This document shows positions 1 through 5,026 of a DNA stretch of 41,427 nt, in pieces. A program made the position numbers and the translations under genes. This DNA comes from an uncultured Candidatus Saccharibacteria bacterium. GTDB lineage: Bacteria; Patescibacteriota; Minisyncoccia; Portnoybacterales; UBA2143. Position 1 is the stretch's first letter; every line of letters starts with the position of its first letter. Where the stretch lies: assembly GCA_964494655.1 (NCBI GenBank), contig CAZBRM010000004.1, forward strand, positions 1 to 41,427. The letters are read 5' to 3'. The notes below the pieces were generated by a model. The model had not been told where the DNA came from and did not search any database. It saw only the letters and a program-made list of their open reading frames with translations.

Positions 1-437
1 ATATTTCTTAATTTATCTTTAAAATTAAAAATTCTTTGAAAAAACCAATTTCCTTGATTTTGATTAATTAATTCAATTTGTGGATAATAGCTAACTAAAT
101 AAATTTTATCTTTAGCTAGATATTCTTGGTAATCAAAATCTTCAAATACAGCTGGTTCTTGTAATTTGCCAGATATCTCTAATTGATCGCCGTAATAATA
201 TTGAGGATATAACTCTGTAGTAATTAATATTTTACTGGAAATTTCTTTTGTTTTAAATTGAAACTTCTGTTGATTGATCCTTTGTTCTGGTTCTTCAATA
301 ATAATTCCCTTAAGATTAACTTCTTGATCATAATACTGGCTATTTTCTTGATTTGAGGAAGAAATAAAAAAAGAGTAAATAAAAACCCCGCCGATAAACA
401 AGAGACAGAGATAAAGAAAGATTTTAGAAGGAGTCAT
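1..437 (-). CDS. comEC: ComEC/Rec2-family competence protein, N-terminal part (gene runs off the window start)
   Basis: Minus-strand ORF from ATG at 437, absent from the ORF track because it is truncated. It reads MTPSKIFLYLCLLFIGGVFIYSFF (TM helix), then ...KILITTELYPQYYYGDQLEISGKLQEPAVFEDFDYQEYLAKDKIY, the usual pattern of the ComEC N-terminal domain. Confidence 0.55.
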   Translation of the reverse strand, partial: MTPSKIFLYLCLLFIGGVFIYSFFISSSNQENSQYYDQEVNLKGIIIEEPEQRINQQKFQFKTKEISSKILITTELYPQYYYGDQLEISGKLQEPAVFEDFDYQEYLAKDKIYLVSYYPQIELINQNQGNWFFQRIFNFKDKLRN

Positions 438-503
438 TAATTATATGATAGCATAAAAAATATTTAGCGTTACATTTACTTATTAAATTCAAGCCCTGCA
501 TAC

Positions 504-532
504 TTGACAAATACTGATAAAAATTCTATATT
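504..532 (+). promoter_or_regulatory. sigma70-type promoter of unit 0
   Basis: TTGACA 504-509, 17-nt spacer, TATATT 527-532. Confidence 0.6.
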
Positions 533-586
533 GTGAATATCCTAAAAAGTAGTTCATTTTATAATAAACATATGATTGGAGGGGGT

Positions 587-955
587 ATGAAAAAATTAAG
601 CATTATGGATATTAGCGTATCGGCTATTGCGTTAACTATCCTTAGCATCTGGATCGTTTTTGAAAAAGTATTCAAATTTTTCAGCAAATGTAGAATGAAG
701 AAAATCACCGAAATTGAAAAACTAGATGATGCTATAGTGTTTAAAAATGGGCATCGTCATTTATTTACATTAGAAAAAGATGGAAAATACGCAATAAATA
801 TTTCCAGTAGTGGTGTAATAGCTTTTTTATACTTCGGATGTTCCTTGGAAAATGATTACCATGTATTTCGCATTTCACATAAAATCTTGAGAAGACTAAA
901 AGAGATTCTAACTCCATCTAATTTTATGTACGAGCAAGGTCTATACCGGCTATAA
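587..955 (+). CDS. unit 0 cargo: hypothetical protein with N-terminal TM anchor (122 aa)
   Basis: ATG at 587 lies after GGAGGGGG (578-585). The track start at 533 lies inside the promoter/leader. MKKLSIMDISVSAIALTILSIWIVF is hydrophobic. Composition is AT-rich like the host. Confidence 0.6.
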   Translation: MKKLSIMDISVSAIALTILSIWIVFEKVFKFFSKCRMKKITEIEKLDDAIVFKNGHRHLFTLEKDGKYAINISSSGVIAFLYFGCSLENDYHVFRISHKILRRLKEILTPSNFMYEQGLYRL

Positions 956-986
956 CAAAACTTAAAATCTCTCCTGAAAAATCCAA

Positions 987-1030
987 AGAGCTGGTTCAAC
1001 GCAATGTTGTTCTGGCTCTTTTCTTTTCCT
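987..1030 (+). terminator. intrinsic terminator of unit 0 (family X)
   Basis: AGAGCTGG...CTGGCTCT stem followed by TTTCTTTTCC. Confidence 0.6.
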
Positions 1031-1232
1031 AAAATCTAATTACCTCTGTAAATTCCATACTATCTAACAGAACAGTCAGCCGAAGCTGGAGCGCCAATCA
1101 TGAGAATATAAAGAATTAAAAGAGAAATGACAAAATAAAAGGCCTGTTGCCGCCAAAGCCCAATCCCTAAAGCTAAAAAGAGCAATATTTGCGTCATAAT
1201 AATCATGTGGATGGAAGATATGGACTAAATCA
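1031..1232. repeat. long inter-cassette repeat, copy 1 (direct repeat of 5507-5710)
   Basis: AAAATCTAATTACCTC...GCGTCATAATAATCATGTGGATGG is nearly identical to 5507-5710 at an offset of 4476 bp. It replaces the short AAATTGTAGCTATAGAGTTATAGG block. Confidence 0.9.
1060..1206 (-). CDS. 48-aa hydrophobic small ORF inside long repeat copy 1
   Basis: MIIMTQILLFLALGIGLWRQQAFYFVISLLILYILMIGAPASADCSVR has two TM-like segments. It is below the track cut-off and has no clear SD or promoter. It is conserved in copy 2 with mostly synonymous changes. Confidence 0.4.
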   Translation of the reverse strand: MIIMTQILLFLALGIGLWRQQAFYFVISLLILYILMIGAPASADCSVR

Positions 1233-1261
1233 TTGACAAATTAAACTGGGTATGATATAAT
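1233..1261 (+). promoter_or_regulatory. consensus promoter of unit 1
   Basis: TTGACA 1233-1238, 17 nt, TATAAT 1256-1261. Confidence 0.7.
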
Positions 1262-1294
1262 ATAAACATTAACAATTAAATAGGAGGAAATGAA

Positions 1295-1618
1295 ATGAAT
1301 ATTTATGTTAGTGAATCGGTTTCTGAGGTAGTAGATGGCTTGAGGGCTCAAGAGATTCCGGGAATCAACGTTGACTATACGTCTGAACCAGAAGATCCCG
1401 AGAATCCTAATGGGTATGTTGTGCTAAAGAATAAACCTTATGATATTATAGCGGTTGTATCAAGTGTGATTCGCTGGAGGAAGGTTCAGCCGGATTGGGG
1501 ACATCCTAAACAAGCGAAAGCTTGCATTCAGATTCTCTCTTTGGCTCGCAAAATGGAGCTTGAAGGGTCCATAAGGGAAAAAGCGAAAAATCTCTTTTTC
1601 TTTATTAAGGAAGATTAA
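1295..1618 (+). CDS. unit 1 cargo: hypothetical acidic protein (107 aa)
   Basis: AGGAGG 1282-1287 lies 7 nt before the ATG. There is no recognisable family. Confidence 0.65.
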   Translation: MNIYVSESVSEVVDGLRAQEIPGINVDYTSEPEDPENPNGYVVLKNKPYDIIAVVSSVIRWRKVQPDWGHPKQAKACIQILSLARKMELEGSIREKAKNLFFFIKED

Positions 1619-1672
1619 GTAAATTCTTTAAGAGCCAGAGCTGGCTGACTGACATTCTATTCAATCATACTT

Positions 1673-1710
1673 AAGCCGCTGGGTCTTCGGACTTAACGGC
1701 TTTTTCTATT
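1673..1710 (+). terminator. intrinsic terminator of unit 1 (family Y, UUCG loop)
   Basis: AAGCCGCTGGGTC-TTCG-GACTTAACGGCTT followed by TTTTCTATTCC. Confidence 0.65.
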
Positions 1711-1712
1711 CC

Positions 1713-1765
1713 AAAATTATAGCTATGGAGTAAGTGGTATATGTATTAGAAATATGTCTAAATCA
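1713..1765. repeat. inter-cassette block, copy A (diverged)
   Basis: AAAATTATAGCTATGGAGTAAGTGGTATATGTATTAGAAATATGTCTAAATCA aligns to the AAATTGTAGCTATAGAGTTATAGG...ATATG..TAAA block. Confidence 0.7.
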
Positions 1766-1794
1766 TTGACAAATTAAACTAGATATGATAATAT
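1766..1794 (+). promoter_or_regulatory. promoter of unit 2
   Basis: TTGACA 1766-1771, 17 nt, TAATAT 1789-1794. The spacer is nearly identical to that of unit 1. Confidence 0.65.
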
Positions 1795-1800
1795 ATAAAT

Positions 1801-1989
1801 ACTTGGAAAGTTACCTAGCGAACTTCCATATTATCAAGCGGACAGCTGGGCCTTCCGAAAGACGTTTCCCGGTCTTCGGAGGGTATAACAGGGATTTTCC
1901 TAAGCGGGAAAAGTGTCCACTGCTTAAGGAGAACGTTAGGACACTACTTCCCCGAGTGAACTTAGAGTAGCTCGGGGATTTTCTTTTCC
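1801..1989 (+). ncRNA. unit 2 cargo: candidate structured ncRNA (~185 nt), family unknown
   Basis: There is no SD and no ATG downstream of the predicted TSS. Stems: TGGAAAGTT/AACTTCCA; CCTTCCGAAAGAC/GTCTTCGGAGGG; TTTTCC/GGAAAA; GTGTCC/GGACAC; and the terminator CCCCGAG/CTCGGGG. Ends are approximate. Confidence 0.5.
1950..1989 (+). terminator. intrinsic terminator of unit 2
   Basis: CCCCGAG-N14-CTCGGGG followed by ATTTTCTTTTCC. Confidence 0.65.
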
Positions 1990-1990
1990 C

Positions 1991-2042
1991 AAATTGTAGC
2001 TATAGAGTTATAGGTATGTGTGTTAGAGATATGAGTTAAACA
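1991..2042. repeat. inter-cassette block, copy B
   Basis: AAATTGTAGCTATAGAGTTATAGGTATGTGTGTTAGAGATATGAGTTAAACA. Confidence 0.85.
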
Positions 2043-2070
2043 TTGACAAAATATATGTATATGGTATGAT
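2043..2070 (+). promoter_or_regulatory. promoter of unit 3
   Basis: TTGACA 2043-2048, 16 nt, TATGAT 2065-2070. Confidence 0.55.
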
Positions 2071-2125
2071 AAGGATACAAATTAAATAGTTCTTAATCTT
2101 TTAACAACTAAATCAGGAGGGAAAA

Positions 2126-3004
2126 ATGGAAAAGGTAAGGGTTATATTACATGTAATGTTTGGAGGTGGCTCAAATGATTCTCATTATGGCGCTAATGGT
2201 TATGTACATCTAGAACTACAGGAAAAAGCGGGGGTCGAAATCGATTTCGTGTCTTTCTCCGGAACGTATCTTCACGGCAACGACCTTGAACGTTTCCTAA
2301 GAGAATGCGAAGATGCTCAGGTTATCGTTCTTGATGCCTGGAACCATCCGTTAAACAAAGATTATGGTAGCCGAGAATGGAACGATCCTCATGAGAGTAT
2401 GGCTAGAATCGCTAGACAAATATCAAGGATAAACCCCTCAGCGCAAATTTTCGCCGATCTTATGGAAAGCTTTAACAAAGTCGCTGTTCACGAAATTGCG
2501 GAACCAATCAAAACATGGACAGATAAAAAAATCGTTGGGGCGATTAAACGAAGCGTATTCAAAAAAGGTCAGCCTACGGTTTTAGTCTTTGACGACACCG
2601 AGAAACATCAGGACGCAGCAGACGAACAGCTTTCCGCCTACAATCTCGTTATCGCTAGAACCTACGATAAAGCTGAAACACTTATCGCCAAAAAAAGATT
2701 CGATTACGTCCTACTCGATCTCCTGGTTCCGGCCAGCGATAAAACTCTGGGGTCAAAAGGAAAAAAGTATGTCGGACAAGAAATGCCTCTCACGCCGCTA
2801 CTTGCTTTCCTGGCTCTTAAACAGGGAATTAAGAAGATTGGCATTCTTACCGACGCAAACCATCATGATCATCCAGCTTCTGCTGCTGTCGACATTTTCG
2901 GAAGCCCATTCGTCATAGGCAATGCCAAGATACAGATTTCTAACCGTGGCGTTACTTCAGAAGGAGTCAAAGACTGGAAAGGTTTGATGGATCAACTCAA
3001 TTAA
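2126..3004 (+). CDS. unit 3 cargo: hypothetical 292-aa protein; the C-terminal half has a CheY-like receiver-fold pattern
   Basis: AGGAGGG 2115-2121 lies before the ATG. TVLVFDD...FDYVLLDLLVP...IGILTD resembles receiver beta1/beta3/beta4 signatures. The N-terminal half also looks flavodoxin-like (RVILHVMFGGG, AQVIVLDAW). The fold call is tentative. Confidence 0.7.
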   Translation: MEKVRVILHVMFGGGSNDSHYGANGYVHLELQEKAGVEIDFVSFSGTYLHGNDLERFLRECEDAQVIVLDAWNHPLNKDYGSREWNDPHESMARIARQISRINPSAQIFADLMESFNKVAVHEIAEPIKTWTDKKIVGAIKRSVFKKGQPTVLVFDDTEKHQDAADEQLSAYNLVIARTYDKAETLIAKKRFDYVLLDLLVPASDKTLGSKGKKYVGQEMPLTPLLAFLALKQGIKKIGILTDANHHDHPASAAVDIFGSPFVIGNAKIQISNRGVTSEGVKDWKGLMDQLN

Positions 3005-3023
3005 GTTCTATAATCTCAACTAA

Positions 3024-3061
3024 AAGAGCCGGAATAAACAATCGTTCTGGCTTTTTTTCTT
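3024..3061 (+). terminator. intrinsic terminator of unit 3 (family X)
   Basis: AAGAGCCGG...CTGGCTTTT stem running into TTTTTTTCTTTCC. Confidence 0.6.
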
Positions 3062-3066
3062 TCCCT

Positions 3067-3118
3067 AAAACCGTGCTATAGACATAGTGGCATGTGGATG
3101 AAAGATATGTCTAAATCC
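3067..3118. repeat. inter-cassette block, copy C (variant)
   Basis: AAAACCGTGCTATAGACATAGTGGCATGTGGATGAAAGATATGTCTAAATCC. It is closest to copy G. Confidence 0.8.
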
Positions 3119-3146
3119 TTGACAAATTATATCAGTATGTTATAAT
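3119..3146 (+). promoter_or_regulatory. promoter of unit 4
   Basis: TTGACA 3119-3124, 16 nt, TATAAT 3141-3146. Confidence 0.7.
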
Positions 3147-3183
3147 GTAAACAATATTAACAATTAAATAAGAGGAGAAGACA

Positions 3184-3525
3184 ATGGCATCAATACCAAA
3201 AGAGGACATTCCAAAGACAGCCGAAGCAATCAGTAAAGCAATTCCAGAAAAAAATCGTTACGACAAGCCAATTTGGCAAGGAGTTCTCAAGCTCATTGAG
3301 GAAAGTGAATTCGGCAAGAAGAATGCGCAATCTGATATCGTATCTCCATTGCCCGAGGGCAGAAGCGAGACGGAAGAGATGATGTCTGGCAGTTTTGATG
3401 GGGTGCAAATAGAAATGATGAGATTCTGCAATTCTGTTCTTGGCAGTTGTGGATCCGTTTCGATGGAGCCATACACGGCAGGATTGGGCACACGTTCAAT
3501 GACTCTTACGTTCGAAGCCAATTAA
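3184..3525 (+). CDS. unit 4 cargo: hypothetical protein (113 aa)
   Basis: AGAGGAG lies before the ATG. The leader ACAATATTAACAATTAAATAAGAGGAG is homologous to those of units 1 and 8. No family is recognised. Confidence 0.65.
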   Translation: MASIPKEDIPKTAEAISKAIPEKNRYDKPIWQGVLKLIEESEFGKKNAQSDIVSPLPEGRSETEEMMSGSFDGVQIEMMRFCNSVLGSCGSVSMEPYTAGLGTRSMTLTFEAN

Positions 3526-3527
3526 TC

Positions 3528-3593
3528 AGAGGCCAGTTAACCTCTCTCGCAAAAAGAAGAGGTCAAATAAATATACTGGCCTCTTTTCTTTTG
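3528..3593 (+). terminator. intrinsic terminator of unit 4 (family X, long)
   Basis: AGAGGCCAG (3528-3536) pairs with CTGGCCTCT (3576-3584), with an inner ACCTCT/AGAGGT stem, then TTTTCTTTTG. Confidence 0.6.
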
Positions 3594-3595
3594 TT

Positions 3596-3647
3596 AAATT
3601 GTAGCTATAGAGTTATAGGCATGTGGATGAGGAGTATGATTTAAAGA
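3596..3647. repeat. inter-cassette block, copy D
   Basis: AAATTGTAGCTATAGAGTTATAGGCATGTGGATGAGGAGTATGATTTAAAGA. Confidence 0.85.
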
Positions 3648-3677
3648 TTGACAGATTATAGATTGGTGTGGTATAAC
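3648..3677 (+). promoter_or_regulatory. promoter of unit 5
   Basis: TTGACA 3648-3653, 18 nt, TATAAC 3672-3677. Confidence 0.55.
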
Positions 3678-3683
3678 CATGAT

Positions 3684-3703
3684 ATCGTAAAACGGTTTAC
3701 GAT
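3684..3703 (+). promoter_or_regulatory. perfect hairpin in the unusually long leader of unit 5
   Basis: ATCGTAAA-ACGG-TTTACGAT forms an 8-bp stem. A second stem, ATCTG/CAGAT, lies just downstream. Confidence 0.45.
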
Positions 3704-3765
3704 CTACCAGTTATCTGATAGTCCAGATATTTAAAAACTTCAAATCTTACTAAAGGAGGGTAAAA

Positions 3766-4137
3766 ATGACTAAAAAAGCTAACGAGGAGAAGGCCAAACT
3801 TAAGGAATTGTGGATATTGTTATTTGAAGAACCACAAAGCTTAAGTAATGAGCAAATCACACGTTTACTTGAAGCGGAAAAAGAGCTTCAAGATGTCGTA
3901 TACTATGTCTATCATCGGTTTCCAGAAATGATGAAGGAAGTCCAAAGGTATTGGGCGAGAAAAAACGAGCTGTCTCAATTGCCTATTGAGGAATTACAAG
4001 AAAAGATGCAAAAAATATCGAATAGAAGAGCATCTATTCTGAAAAGCGTACCTGATGAAGAACTCAGTGATTCATTTTTTGAATCTTCACTTCTCGATTC
4101 TGATGAAAATATCCTCTATGAGCTTTTGAAAGAATGA
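3766..4137 (+). CDS. unit 5 cargo: hypothetical acidic, probably helical protein (123 aa)
   Basis: AAAGGAGGG lies before the ATG. The protein is rich in E/K/L. No family is recognised. Confidence 0.65.
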   Translation: MTKKANEEKAKLKELWILLFEEPQSLSNEQITRLLEAEKELQDVVYYVYHRFPEMMKEVQRYWARKNELSQLPIEELQEKMQKISNRRASILKSVPDEELSDSFFESSLLDSDENILYELLKE

Positions 4138-4163
4138 GACACAAGAGTCTAACTCTTAATATT

Positions 4164-4200
4164 AAGCCACCAGTCTTCGGACTTGGTGGCTTTTTTCTTT
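4164..4200 (+). terminator. intrinsic terminator of unit 5 (family Y, UUCG loop)
   Basis: AAGCCACCAGTC-TTCG-GACTTGGTGGCTT followed by TTTTCTTT. Confidence 0.7.
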
Positions 4201-4203
4201 TCT

Positions 4204-4256
4204 AAATTGTAGCTATAGAGTTATAGGCATGTGGATGAGGGATATGGGTTATATCC
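4204..4256. repeat. inter-cassette block, copy E
   Basis: AAATTGTAGCTATAGAGTTATAGGCATGTGGATGAGGGATATGGGTTATATCC. Confidence 0.85.
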
Positions 4257-4285
4257 TTGACGGAATGTGTGTATATGTGTATAAT
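4257..4285 (+). promoter_or_regulatory. promoter of unit 6
   Basis: TTGACG 4257-4262, 17 nt, TATAAT 4280-4285. Confidence 0.65.
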
Positions 4286-4332
4286 GATGGTATAATTAAA
4301 TAGAATTCAAATCTGAAAAAAGGAGGGTAAAA

Positions 4333-4584
4333 ATGGAAATCATATTTAACGAAGAAGAAGCAGTGTCTTGGGGTGATCCAGATGATCCTAGGAATACCCC
4401 AGAAAAGCTGGTTGAACGTAGAAGAGCTGGTCTCATTAAGCTGGGAGAATTCGTGGGAGCCGAAAGGATAGAATTTGTCCCGGAACATAAAAGGGATATT
4501 TATATCCTTACAAAAGGCGGAAAGAAATTATCGATTATCGCCAGAGGAAACGGGTTTGACGGAGGATGGCTTGAAGTAGAATAA
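4333..4584 (+). CDS. unit 6 cargo: hypothetical protein (83 aa)
   Basis: AAGGAGGG lies before the ATG. The leader ...CAAATCT...AAAGGAGGGTAAAAATG is homologous to that of unit 5. Confidence 0.65.
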   Translation: MEIIFNEEEAVSWGDPDDPRNTPEKLVERRRAGLIKLGEFVGAERIEFVPEHKRDIYILTKGGKKLSIIARGNGFDGGWLEVE

Positions 4585-4618
4585 TCTGATTTTCTTCAAC
4601 TGCCTATCTAATTAATTA

Positions 4619-4658
4619 AAGGGTCAGTTCGGTAAACGTTCTGGCTCTTTTCTATTCC
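4619..4658 (+). terminator. intrinsic terminator of unit 6 (family X)
   Basis: GGGTCAG...CTGGCTC stem (with G-U pairs) followed by TTTTCTATTCC. Confidence 0.55.
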
Positions 4659-4660
4659 CT

Positions 4661-4713
4661 AAATTGTAGCTATAGACATATAGGTATATGGATAAGGAAT
4701 ATGAATTAAACTC
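4661..4713. repeat. inter-cassette block, copy F
   Basis: AAATTGTAGCTATAGACATATAGGTATATGGATAAGGAATATGAATTAAACTC. Confidence 0.85.
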
Positions 4714-4742
4714 TTGACAAATCTATTCACATATAATAATAT
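4714..4742 (+). promoter_or_regulatory. promoter of unit 7
   Basis: TTGACA 4714-4719, 17 nt, TAATAT 4737-4742. Confidence 0.6.
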
Positions 4743-4748
4743 TATAAT

Positions 4749-4857
4749 AATTGGATGTAAATTTGTGCCACCGGTCAAAGAACGTATAAGGCACGGAGCA
4801 CTTACAACATCCATACAATAATATAAAGGGTCAAGGCAAAGCTTTGACCTTTTTTTT
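4749..4857 (+). ncRNA. unit 7 cargo: candidate small structured RNA (~110 nt), family unknown
   Basis: There is no SD and no ORF. A long irregular hairpin is formed by GGATGT...GTGCC-loop-GGCAC...ACATCC, followed by the terminator. Ends are approximate. Confidence 0.5.
4829..4857 (+). terminator. intrinsic terminator of unit 7
   Basis: GGTCAAGGC-AAA-GCTTTGACC followed by a run of 8 T. Confidence 0.75.
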
Positions 4858-4908
4858 ATTCCTATGTATTAGTCTATAATAAATAACCTGCTTTTTTCTT
4901 TTCCTCCC
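4858..4908 (+). other. collapsed or empty unit remnant
   Basis: ATTCC-TATGTATTAG-TCTATAATAAATAA-CCTGCTTTTTTCTTTTCC contains fragments of block copy A, a TATAAT and half a terminator, with no cargo between them. Confidence 0.35.
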
Positions 4909-4961
4909 AAAACCATGCTATAGACATAGTGGTATGTGGATGAGGAATATGGGCTTAATCA
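4909..4961. repeat. inter-cassette block, copy G (variant)
   Basis: AAAACCATGCTATAGACATAGTGGTATGTGGATGAGGAATATGGGCTTAATCA. Confidence 0.8.
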
Positions 4962-4990
4962 TTGACTTTTAATATTTTGTGTTGTATGGT
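4962..4990 (+). promoter_or_regulatory. promoter of unit 8
   Basis: TTGACT 4962-4967, 17 nt, TATGGT 4985-4990. Confidence 0.5.
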
Positions 4991-5026
4991 AGAGACAACA
5001 TTAACAATTGAATAAGGAGATAAGAA

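Noticed and set aside
533-586. Upstream extension of the unit 0 ORF (track start 533, GTG)
   Set aside because: It starts inside or immediately after the -10 hexamer. A strong GGAGGGGG SD precedes the internal ATG at 587.
1031-1232. MITE or IS element
   Set aside because: I could see no terminal inverted repeats, no target-site duplication and no transposase. Both copies occupy the same position within the repeat shell.
1785-1970. 61-aa ORF from the track as the cargo of unit 2
   Set aside because: Its ATG lies between the -35 and -10 of the promoter, so it is upstream of the likely TSS. It has no SD, unlike every other unit. The terminator stem lies inside the ORF end. The region folds into multiple clean stems. 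It is kept as a caveat only.
2589-2918. 109-aa ORF overlapping the unit 3 CDS in another frame
   Set aside because: It is fully embedded in the longer SD-led ORF. Its low-complexity S/P/L/R composition is typical of an off-frame reading of GC-richer DNA.
3190-3644. ORFs 3190-3408(-), 3258-3521(-), 3293-3499(-) and 3447-3644(+)
   Set aside because: They are antisense or off-frame to the SD-led unit 4 CDS, or they run through its terminator and the repeat block. None has an SD or a promoter.
4249-4488. Minus-strand 79-aa ORF
   Set aside because: It is antisense to unit 6 and runs through its promoter.
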